A DNA stretch of 63,741 bases, filler included, from Octopus bimaculoides (lineage: Eukaryota): assembly GCF_001194135.2 (NCBI RefSeq). It is 6 parts of 6 records of this genome, joined end to end, with 100 filler letters (N's around TTAATTAATTAA, not from the genome) between each part and the next. Parts side by side here need not be neighbours in the genome. Positions count along the whole stretch, not along the records: positions 51,402 to 55,649 come from NC_069000.1; positions 55,750 to 63,741 come from NC_068996.1; 4 more parts are not named here. One strand, written 5' to 3'. The notes below the pieces were generated by a model that was not told the DNA's origin, made no database searches, and saw only the letters and a list, made by a program, of their open reading frames with translations. A program made the position numbers and the translations under genes. Positions 53,262 to 63,741 of this stretch are shown here, in pieces. How positions within the stretch are numbered: position 1 is the stretch's first letter; each line of letters opens with the position of its first letter.

Positions 53262-53480
53262 TTAAGGCGCTGAGCAGGCAGAATCGTTAGCACATCGGGT
53301 AAAATGCTTTGCGGCATTTCGTCCGTCTTTACGATCTGAGTTCAAATTCCACCGAGGTCGATTTTTGTGTTTTATCCTTTCGGGGTCGATAAAATAACTA
53401 TCAGTTGGACACTAAGCTCGACGTAATCGACTTACCCCTGACCACGAAGTTGCTGGCCTGGTGTCAAAATGTGAAACCAT
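53262..53480 (+). mobile_element. tRNA-derived SINE
   Basis: GGCAGAATCGTTAGCAC...GAGTTCAAATTCC...CTTTCGGGGTCGATAAAA. Confidence 0.88.
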
Positions 53481-55042
53481 TATTTCATCGATCGCAGAGG
53501 ATTGAGCAACGCAGTTGACCTAGGTAGTATTCGAGCTCATAACCTAAAGAGATACGACAAAATACGTCCAACACTTTTAATGCCACCGCTCTACTGATTC
53601 TGCCAACAAATTCTATTTTCTATGTGAAAAGAAAACTAAATAAGGCGGAACGGTTGACGTAAGCTTTCCAATCGTATATTTCACAATCTCAGCCACCGCC
53701 ATTGGCCTCTACTTGAAACTAATGTTGATAAGAAACGGAGATAGATAAAAAGTCTGAGTAGAACGACCAGAAGAAACAATAATCTATAATAGCCTCCTTA
53801 ATTTCGTGTGTTGTCTACTTGTAAAGTAAATCTACCTTATCTGAAGTAATATTCGACCATCTCGTTCAACAAACACCTGGCTTGACAACTAACAATCCTT
53901 TGCTTCAGATTCACGTCACTCCAATATAAATCGTGAAGGGCTGAAACTAGGTTTAAAATTGCACAAGTCGTCAGCTCATGTTTCCTCTTTCCCACCTAAT
54001 TGTTGATATGACTCAAGCATACTTTGCATTGGCTCTTCTCTCTCTTTATCTCTTCTCTCTCTCTTAATCTCTTCTCTATCTCTCTATCCTCTACCTCCTT
54101 GTGTCCATTTCAAATATATTACACTTTTCTTGCACTCGTCTCACGTTTTTCACCGTCTCTAAAGTGTCATCAGTTACGAATTCATATCTTATGCACTCAC
54201 ATCTATGCGAATAAACGCGAATTTCTGTACGTGTGTCTGCAGGGCTTCATGACTAACAGACCCAGGGTTTCCAACTCTCACCTCACACGCACAAACACAT
54301 ACATACATACATACATACATACATACATACAGTACGTGCACACACACGTGCGCGCACGAATGGCACATATTTGGTATCAGAATAATCCAATGAGTGTTTC
54401 TATGCTACTGTTGTCCTCCAGCCGGCGGCGCAACTTCAGACAAATCTTTAGCACCTTACGACCAACAAAATACCAACTGAGAAGTATGACAATGGAAGTA
54501 GAAGTACAGAGCCCACTAGCTCGATAACGGTTGGCGAATTATTTTTAACCTATTCAGAAATTGGATGACAAACAATGAAAATAGTTCCAACGAGTTTTAG
54601 GAACTCCTTTAAACTTTTACATATACTTCGGTAACAAAGCATTTCTGTTGGATAGGGGTCGTTGTCGTGGCTATCCTGCGAGGTCGAGGACAATGGTCTT
54701 TGATTTTTTTTGTTTCGTTTTTTTTTCTATTGATGGACCCTGAGGTAAATGATGAGTCCAATTTTTACTCAGAAGCTCCTTCCACAAGTGGGACAGGTGG
54801 TTTCGGACAGAAGGTCCCTTCTTGGTCAGTCTTTTCTGCCCCTCGTCTTTTCTTCTTGCTCGGCAGTCCCACTGGTCCCCAAAGTTGTTATTCTGAATAG
54901 GGACAAGGTACGTCTGAGTAGCAGTTTTGTTATTGAATACATCTTTTCCCTTCACATAAAAGCCATGGAACATTTAACGACACTCAGTTTTCTCATACTG
55001 AGCACAAGAAGAAAAAGTTCTTTAACATCATGTGCTAACTGA

Positions 55043-55225
55043 AGGCGGTGAGCTGGCAGAATCATTAGCACGATGAGCAAAATGCTTAGCGGCATTTCGG
55101 CCGTCTTTACATTCTGAGTTCAAATTCCGCTGAGATCGATTTTCATTCTTTCTGGTCGATAAAATAAGTACCAGTTGCGCACTCACGCGAACTTGCTGGC
55201 CTAGTGCCAAAATTTGAAACCAATA
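55043..55225 (+). mobile_element. tRNA-derived SINE
   Basis: GGCGGTGAGCTGGCAGAATCATTAGCAC...GAGTTCAAATTCCGC. Confidence 0.88.
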
Positions 55226-55605
55226 TCTTGAGCTAACTTAATTATCTTTCAGCTTGTATTTAAAAATCAAATTGAAATTCGCGAACGAAAACCTATTTCC
55301 ATTGAAACGGCTCTAGAAGAGTTGTACGTAACGATATGAAACCAAAAACAAAATGTGGCAAAGAAAGATCGGAAGTGAGAACAAACGAAGGTTCTAGAAG
55401 ATCGGGTGGAGTTTTGATTCAACAAATCTTAGCAATATAAATTATATTGATGCAAATAAAGAATTAATGATATTATCTTCATTTTATAGGTTCTTCGATT
55501 CTACAGTTTTGATTTCGGCCAAAGACCTAACAGCGTTCCGAATGAAGTAACCAAAAGAGGCGTTTTGACGATTGTACACATATACACATATGTAAACACA
55601 TGCGC

Positions 55606-55649
<44 letters not shown>

Positions 55650-55749
55650 NNNNNNNNNNNNNNNNNNNNNNNNNNNNNNNNNNNNNNNNNNNNTTAATTA
55701 ATTAANNNNNNNNNNNNNNNNNNNNNNNNNNNNNNNNNNNNNNNNNNNN

Positions 55750-56075
55750 CTTGGACAAGTGTCTTCTACTATAGCCTCGGGCCAACCAAAACCTTGTGAG
55801 TGGATTTGGTAGACGGAAACTGAAAGAAGCCCGTCGTATATATGTATATATATATATACATGTGTGTGTGTGTGTGTGTGTTTGTGTTTGTCCCCCTAGC
55901 ATTGCTTGACAACCGTTGCTGGTGTGTTTATGTCCCCGTCACTTAGCGGTTTGGCAAAAGTGACCGATAGAATAAGTACTAGGTTTACAAAGAATAAGTC
56001 CTGGGGTCGATTTGCTCGACTAAAGGTAGTGCTCCAGCATGGCCGCAGTCAAATGACTGAAACAAGTAAAAGAGT
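55750..56075 (+). mobile_element. SINE body and tail; head in gap
   Basis: CAAGTGTCTTCTACTATAGCCTCGGG...GATTTGGTAGACGGAAACTGAAAGAAGCCCGTCG. Confidence 0.9.
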
Positions 56076-56554
56076 AAGAGAAAGTAAAAGAGTGAATATA
56101 TTAGATTAACACTCAGAGAAAGTTTAAAATGGTAAAAAGAAGTGGGTGGGGGCTGATGTTTCAAGCAAGGTTCTTTGTCAGAAAGAAGAAAGATGGAAAA
56201 ATCCAGAAAGTAGGAAAAGAATAGTCTGAGAGAAGCACATTTGTCATTATATGGCTGATAAACACACATATTTCTTTAAATAAAACAAATATAAGAAAGC
56301 CTTAATTTGAAAGGCATTCAAGGGTTTTGTACCAGGAAGGACATCTGAGTGTAGAATAATACTTCGATAACATGCATTTAAGCCATGCTAACATGGGGGG
56401 AAAATGGATGTGGACAAGCAAATATACGTATCTATCTATATGTATGTGCACACTCTCACACACACACACACACAGAGAAAAAATATATTTACACTTCCAT
56501 AGACATAAATAATATAAACATAAATATATACATACACACACACACACACACACG

Positions 56555-56619
<65 letters not shown>

Positions 56620-56717
56620 ATATATAATCAAATATTTGTTTATGTGTTTTAGTGTGCATGTGTGTGTATGTATACATACATATATTAATATATATGTGTG
56701 TGTATATATATATATAT

Positions 56718-57732
56718 TGAGAGAGAGAGAGTAACAGAGAGAGAGAGTAACAGAGAGAGAGAGTAACAGAGAGAGAGAGTAACAGAGAGAGAGAGTAACA
56801 GAGAGAGAGAGTAACAGAGAGAGAGTAACAGAGAGAGAGAGAGTAACAGAGAGAGAGAGTAACAGAGAGAGAGAGTAACAGAGAGAGAGAGTAACNNNNN
56901 NNNNNNNNNNNNNNNNNNNNNNNNNNNNNNNNNNNNNNNNNNNNNNNNNNNNNNNNNNNNNNNNNNNNNNNNNNNNNNNNNNNNNNNNNNNNNNNNNNNN
57001 NNNNNNNNNNNNNNNNNNNNNNNNNNNNNNNNNNNNNNNNNNNNNNNNNNNNNNNNNNNNNNNNNNNNNNNNNNNNNNNNNNNNNNNNNNNNNNNNNNNN
57101 NNNNNNNNNNNNNNNNNNNNNNNNNNNNNNNNNNNNNNNNNNNNNNNNNNNNNNNNNNNNNNNNNNNNNNNNNNNNNNNNNNNNNNNNNNNNNNNNNNNN
57201 NNNNNNNNNNNNNNNNNNNNNNNNNNNNNNNNNNNNNNNNNNNNNNNNNNNNNNNNNNNNNNNNNNNNNNNNNNNNNNNNNNNNNNNNNNNNNNNNNNNN
57301 NNNNNNNNNNNNNNNNNNNNNNNNNNNNNNNNNNNNNNNNNNNNNNNNNNNNNNNNNNNNNNNNNNNNNNNNNNNNNNNNNNNNNNNNNNNNNNNNNNNN
57401 NNNNNNNNNNNNNNNNNNNNNNNNNNNNNNNNNNNNNNNNNNNNNNNNNNNNNNNNNNNNNNNNNNNNNNNNNNNNNNNNNNNNNNNNNNNNNNNNNNNN
57501 NNNNNNNNNNNNNNNNNNNNNNNNNNNNNNNNNNNNNNNNNNNNNNNNNNNNNNNNNNNNNNNNNNNNNNNNNNNNNNNNNNNNNNNNNNNNNNNNNNNN
57601 NNNNNNNNNNNNNNNNNNNNNNNNNNNNNNNNNNNNNNNNNNNNNNNNNNNNNNNNNNNNNNNNNNNNNNNAGAGAGAGAGAGTAACAGAGAGAGAGAGT
57701 AACAGAGAGAGAGAGTAACAGAGAGAGAGAGA
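56718..57732. repeat. 14-bp minisatellite (AGAGAGAGAGTAAC)n spanning a gap
   Basis: Units of 12-16 bp on both sides of the gap. Confidence 0.95.
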
Positions 57733-57806
57733 AAGTGATGCGTATGAGCTTGTGAGTGCATAAGTGTGTGTGCGCGTGTGTGTGCGTGTGTGTGTGTGTG
57801 CGTGTG

Positions 57807-57838
<32 letters not shown>

Positions 57839-57973
57839 CTTGTGTGTGTGTGTGTGTGTGTGTGCGCACGTTTGTGCATGCGCATATGTGTATTCAGATA
57901 TAAAGTAGATAGTCAATCCAAGCTGGATTATATATACTTTCAGGATAGGGCTTGGCTATTTGTTTGTCTGTCT

Positions 57974-58023
<50 letters not shown>

Positions 58024-58169
58024 CTCTCTCTCTATCTCTCTTTCTATCTCTCCTTCCATTTCCTGTGCCTCTGGCTCATCTCATTTCCCTCTTCAACATT
58101 ATCATCACTTCTGCTGCTCTACTAGCACTACCCATTACCCACCAATCATCTTCTGCCACCACCAGCAAT

Positions 58170-58221
<52 letters not shown>

Positions 58222-58315
58222 CCACCTCGACTGCCTCCACCCACACTATCAACAGATATTCACAACCCAACCTTACCCTCCAATACACATCTTCCACTAT
58301 TCTCCACCCATCACC

Positions 58316-58359
<44 letters not shown>

Positions 58360-58545
58360 ACATACACATGCATATACATGTGGGATATCTGTGTGTGTGT
58401 GTGTGTGTATGGGTGTGTGTATGTATATGTATGTGTTTGTGTATGTTTGTACATATGTATGTAAGTATATAAATATATATATACATATATGTATGTTCAT
58501 ATGTATGTTTGTGAGTAGTGAGTGTATGTTTGTACTGTATGTATG

Positions 58546-58576
<31 letters not shown>

Positions 58577-59557
58577 ANNNNNNNNNNNNNNNNNNNNNNN
58601 NNNNNNNNNNNNNNNNNNNNNNNNNNNNNNNNNNNNNNNNNNNNNNNNNNNNNNNNNNNNNNNNNNNNNNNNNNNNNNNNNNNNNNNNNNNNNNNNNNNN
58701 NNNNNNNNNNNNNNNNNNNNNNNNNNNNNNNNNNNNNNNNNNNNNNNNNNNNNNNNNNNNNNNNNNNNNNNNNNNNNNNNNNNNNNNNNNNNNNNNNNNN
58801 NNNNNNNNNNNNNNNNNNNNNNNNNNNNNNNNNNNNNNNNNNNNNNNNNNNNNNNNNNNNNNNNNNNNNNNNNNNNNNNNNNNNNNNNNNNNNNNNNNNN
58901 NNNNNNNNNNNNNNNNNNNNNNNNNNNNNNNNNNNNNNNNNNNNNNNNNNNNNNNNNNNNNNNNNNNNNNNNNNNNNNNNNNNNNNNNNNNNNNNNNNNN
59001 NNNNNNNNNNNNNNNNNNNNNNNNNNNNNNNNNNNNNNNNNNNNNNNNNNNNNNNNNNNNNNNNNNNNNNNNNNNNNNNNNNNNNNNNNNNNNNNNNNNN
59101 NNNNNNNNNNNNNNNNNNNNNNNNNNNNNNNNNNNNNNNNNNNNNNNNNNNNNNNNNNNNNNNNNNNNNNNNNNNNNNNNNNNNNNNNNNNNNNNNNNNN
59201 NNNNNNNNNNNNNNNNNNNNNNNNNNNNNNNNNNNNNNNNNNNNNNNNNNNNNNNNNNNNNNNNNNNNNNNNNNNNNNNNNNNNNNNNNNNNNNNNNNNN
59301 NNNNNNNNNNNNNNNNNNNNNNNNNNNNNNNNNNNNNNNNNNNNNNNNNNNNNNNNNNNNNNNNNNNNNNNNNNNNNNNNNNNNNNNNNNNNNNNNNNNN
59401 NNNNNNNNNNNNNNNNNNNNNNNNNNNNNNNNNNNNNNNNNNNNNNNNNNNNNNNNNNNNNNNNNNNNNNNNNNNNNNNNNNNNNNNNNNNNNNNNNNNN
59501 NNNNNNNNNNNNNNNNNNNNNNNNNNNNNNNNNNNNNNNNNNNNNNNNNNNNNNNNN

Positions 59558-59882
59558 ACACTCATACATACATACATACATACATACATACATGCATACA
59601 TACATGCATATATACATGTATACATACATGCATACATGCATACATGCATACATACATACACACCCACACTCATACATACATACATGCATACATACATACA
59701 TGCATACATACATACATGCATACATACATACATACATACATACATACATGCATACATACATACATACATACATACACTACATACATACATGCATACATAC
59801 ATACATACATACATGCATACATACATACATACATACACATATACATACATTCATGCATGCATGCATGCATACAGACATACAT
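59558..59882. repeat. (CATA)n with CATG variants
   Basis: Direct. Confidence 0.95.
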
Positions 59883-59959
59883 AAAACATAGATAGACTGG
59901 AAAACTGAAAGATAGACAGAGATGAACAGGAGGGGAGAAAGGCAAAGAGATGTTTGAAT

Positions 59960-60085
59960 GGGTGGATGGCTGGATGGACAGACGGGTGGATGGACAGACG
60001 GGTGGATGGACAGATGGGTGGATGGACAGACGGGTGGATGGACAGACGGGTGGATGGACAGACGGGTGGATGGATGGCTGGATGG
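59960..60085. repeat. 16-bp tandem repeat (GGTGGATGGACAGACG)n
   Basis: About 6-7 units. Confidence 0.92.
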
Positions 60086-61037
60086 TTGTTTTTTTTCCAT
60101 ATATCGTCAGGCTTGGAATGGCTTATCCTTCACCAAGGAGGCAGGACACAATATATACATTACTTTAAAGTCAAACAGAGCCCTGGCTTATTACAGACTG
60201 TTGCAAATATCTCAAAAAGCCAGAACAATTCATGGTCCTAGAGGGGGTACCAAAAAATAATTTCATCTATTATAATCTGTATACATACACATAACATATT
60301 TGTAAATACATGCATGCATATAAACACTCATATATATTTATATATATATACACTCATATATATTTAATACTCAATATTTCATATATTCAATAAGACATTT
60401 TACTATTTATATTATATATTCCATATTCTATATCCCACATTAATTTTATAAGAATATAAATAAAACATAAAAAACAAGCAGAGTTGGAACTCTTTTGAAT
60501 AATATATATANNNNNNNNNNNNNNNNNNNNNNNNNNNNNNNNNNNNNNNNNNNNNNNNNNNNNNNNNNNNNNNNNNNNNNNNNNNNNNNNNNNNNNNNNN
60601 NNNNNNNNNNNNNNNNNNNNNNNNNNNNNNNNNNNNNNNNNNNNNNNNNNNNNNNNNNNNNNNNNNNNNNNNNNNNNNNNNNNNNNNNNNNNNNNNNNNN
60701 NNNNNNNNNNNNNNNNNNNNNNNNNNNNNNNNNNNNNNNNNNNNNNNNNNNNNNNNNNNNNNNNNNNNNNNNNNNNNNNNNNNNNNNNNNNNNNNNNNNN
60801 NNNNNNNNNNNNNNNNNNNNNNNNNNNNNNNNNNNNNNNNNNNNNNNNNNNNNNNNNNNNNNNNNNNNNNNNNNNNNNNNNNNNNNNNNNNNNNNNNNNN
60901 NNNNNNNNNNNNNNNNNNNNNNNNNNNNNNNNNNNNNNNNNNNNNNNNNNNNNNNNNNNNNNNNNNNNNNNNNNNNNNNNNNNNNNNNNNNNNNNNNNNN
61001 NNNNNNNNNNNNNNNNNNNNNNNNNNNNNNNNNNNNN

Positions 61038-62885
61038 GTTACTGTTGCTTTTAGCCCCAGGAGGACATCTCCTCCAGCTGGCTTATCGACACACGACTGT
61101 GTCCTGTTTGCCAAGGGAGTTGTTGTTAGATCAGGTAATGAAAGTCACAGAGAGGGTCATAGTCCAACTAATTAGGGAGCGAGTCAGTTTAGATGAGATG
61201 CAGTTTGTGTTTGTGCCTGGGAAAAGCACCGCCGATGCTATATTTCTGGTAAGACAGCTTCAGGAGAAATACCTAGCCAAGGATAAACCTCTGTACCTGG
61301 CTTTCATTCACATGGAGAAAGCCTTTTGACAGGGTCCCCCGATCCCTCATCTGGTGGTCAATGACGAAACTAGGGATAGAAGAATGGTTAGTGAGAGCTG
61401 TGCGAGCCATGTACAGGGACACTGTCAGTAAGGTGAGGGTTGGAAATGAGTACAGTAATGAATTCAGGGTAGAAGTAGGGGTCCACCAAGGCTCTGTACT
61501 CAGCCCCCTCCTATTTATCATAGTTTTCCAGGCAATAACAGAGGAATTCAAGACAGGATGCCCCTGGGAGCTCCTCTATGCTGATGACCTTGCACTAATT
61601 GCTGAGTCACTATCAGGTACTAGAGAAGTTTCAGGTGTGGAAGCAAGGACTAGAATCGAAGGGCCTTAGAATCAACCTAGCTAAAACCAAAGTCCTCAGT
61701 AGGAAGGTAAACAAAACACAAACCCCTACAGGTAGATGGCCCTACTCGATCTGTAAAAAAGGCGTAGGCAGAAACTCCATAAGATGCACCAAGTGCAAGC
61801 TTTGGACACATAAGAGGTGCAGCAATATCAAAGGAAGGTTAACTAGGAAGTTAATTTTTGTATGTAGCAGATGTTCAGGAGCAATAAACACTGTAAATGT
61901 GCAGAAAATAACTTCTGCCACATTCCAGGGAGAAAAACTAGAAGTGGTTGATAGCTTCTGCTATCTAGGTGACCAAGTTAGTAGTGGGGCTGGGTGCGCT
62001 GAAAGTGTAGCTGCTAGAATAAGAATAGCCTGAGCAAAGTTCAGAGAGCTCTTACCTCTGCTGGTGACAAGGGGCCTCTCACTCAGAGTAAAAGGCAGAT
62101 TGTATGACGAATGTGTACGAACAGCCATGCTTCATGGCAGTGAAACATGGGCCGTGACTGCTGAGGACATGCGTAGGCTCGCAAAGAATGAAGCCAGTAT
62201 GCTCCAATGGATGTGTAATGTTAGTGTGCATACTAGACAGAGTGTTAGTACCTTGAGAGAAAAGTTGAACTTACGAAGCATCAGTTGTGGTGTGCAAGAG
62301 AGACGATTGCGCTGGTATGGTCATGTAGCGAGAATGGATGAGGATAGCTGTGTGAAAAAGTACCACACCCTAGCAGTTGAGGGAACCTGTGGAAGAGGCA
62401 GGCCCAGGAAGACCTGTGATGAGGTGGTGAGGCACGACCTTCGAACATTGGGCCTCACCGAGGTGATGACTTCTGATTGAGACCTTTGGAAATATGTTGT
62501 GCGTGAGAAGACCCGGCAAGCCAAGTGAGACCTAAATCAAAGGCCTCAGCCTGCCCACTTATATGTACCTTCCTACATTGGACACTAAACTCTGCTTGCA
62601 AAGACCTGTTGAGGCAAGTGAAATCGAAATCAAATTAAATTCGACGACTGGCACCCATGCCAACTTCGTCTCCTTCATTAGAAACGAAACTCGGCGTGCG
62701 AAGACTTATTGGGGCAAGCGAAAGTGAAACCGTCATGGCACCTGTGCCACTTGTGCCAGATGGCCCGTGTAAAGATCGTTGCCAGTGCCGCCGAACTGGC
62801 TCCTATGCAGGTGACACATAAAATACATCTTAGGAAGGGCATCCAGCTGTAGAAACTCTGCCAAATCAGATTGGAGCCTGGTGTG
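61038..62885 (+). mobile_element. RTE-clade LINE (RT, PHD-like insert, C-terminus, 3' UTR), lightly decayed
   Basis: QFVFVPGKSTADAIF, EKAF[fs]DRVP, GVHQGSVLSPLLF, LLYADDL, SFCYLG, LRWYGHVARM, RGRPRKT; two frameshifts, one TGA at ~62031. Confidence 0.96.
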
Positions 62886-62886
62886 T

Positions 62887-63741
62887 ATCATCATCATCAT
62901 CATCATCGTCACTTAACGTTCGCTTTCCATGCTAGCATGGGTTGGACGATTTGACTGAGGACTGGTGAAACCAGATGGCTACACCAGGCTCCAATCTGAT
63001 TTGGCAGAGTTTCTACAGCTGGATGCCCTTCCTAACGCCAACCGCTCCGAGAGTGTAGTGGGTGCTTTTACGTGCCACCGGCAGGAAGGCCAGTCAGACG
63101 GTACTGGCAACGGCCACGCTCAAAATGGTGTATTTTATGTGCCACCAGCACAAGAGCCAGTCCAGGGGCACTGGCAATGATCTCGCTCGAAAATCCTTAC
63201 ACATGCCACTGGCACAAGTGCCAGAAAGGCAACGCTTGGCACAGGTGCCATCCCGATTTCGCTTTCGCTTGCCCCAATAAGTCTTCGCAAGCTGAGTTTC
63301 GTGTCCAATGAAGGAGACGACGTTAGCAAGGGTGCCAGTCGTCCAATTTAGTTTGATTTCACTTGCCTTAACAAGTCTTCGCAAGCAGAGTTTAGTGTCC
63401 AATGTAGGAAAGGTACGCATAAGTGAGCTGGCTACAACCCTGGCGGAGGCCTTGGATTTAGGTCTCACTTGGCTTGCCGGGTCTTCTCATGCACAGCACA
63501 TTTCCAAAGGTCTCGGTCAGAAGTCATCGCCTCGGTGAGGCCCAATGTTCGAAGGTCTTGCCTCACCACCTCAGCCCAGGTCTTCCTGGGCCTACCTCTT
63601 CCACGGCTTCCCTCAACTGTTAGGGTGTGGCACTTTTTCACGCAGCTATCCTCGTCTATTCTCACCACATGTCCATACCAGCACAATCGTCTCTCTTGCA
63701 CACCACAACTGATGCTTCTTATGTTCAGCTTACACACACAC
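62887..63741 (-). mobile_element. Second RTE copy, 3' end, tail-to-tail with the first; (GAT)n tail
   Basis: ORF 63465-63737 (LCWYGHVVRI...RGRPRKTWAEVV...EKTRQAK) parallels the plus copy; tail at ~62887-62908. Confidence 0.95.

Noticed and set aside
54780-54830. Minus-strand CTGACCA...GAAAC...GTC
   Set aside because: C3-G8 pair broken and no stem I.
25544-55705. TTAATTAATTAA repeated five times
   Set aside because: Always centred in N blocks and gives stops in all frames; assembly spacer, not biology.
56718-60085. 14-bp and 16-bp tandem arrays as CRISPR-like or coding repeats
   Set aside because: No spacers; simple derivatives of (AG)n and (GGAT/GACA)n in eukaryotic context.
13-60260. Many long ORFs (up to 565 aa) in the track
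   Set aside because: Translations of microsatellites or N runs; no protein-like complexity.
62955-62985. CTGAGGACTGGTGAAACCAG (also ~32186) resembles a hammerhead core
   Set aside because: No stem II is possible; CTGGT/ACCAG simply forms a hairpin, and this is the antisense of the RTE 3' UTR.

Overview
AT-rich, microsatellite-saturated, gap-ridden non-coding DNA from a large animal genome. The SINE and RTE families look like those of a coleoid cephalopod, probably Octopus (inference from repeat content). I found no credible host protein-coding exon: nearly all ORF-track entries are translations of (TA)n/(TG)n/(CATA)n/(TTA)n/(GAA)n or N runs. Recognisable content is decayed transposons: three Tc1/mariner elements, an RTE LINE pair plus fragments (the long copy carries a PHD-like finger inside its RT region), a CR1-like LINE, three R4/Dong-type fragments, about 20 tRNA-derived SINEs, a possible solo LTR, and three Penelope (PLE) coding remnants. 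The most interesting signal is invisible in the ORF track: a set of short fold-back insertions and termini carrying minimal type I hammerhead ribozyme motifs from several unrelated sequence families. These include a tRNA-headed, Penelope-tailed palindromic unit flanked by a 10-11 bp target-site duplication (10373-10997), a shorter sibling with a 13 bp duplication (6085-6412), and a hammerhead with the core C3-G8 pair swapped to G3-C8 (18792-19138).
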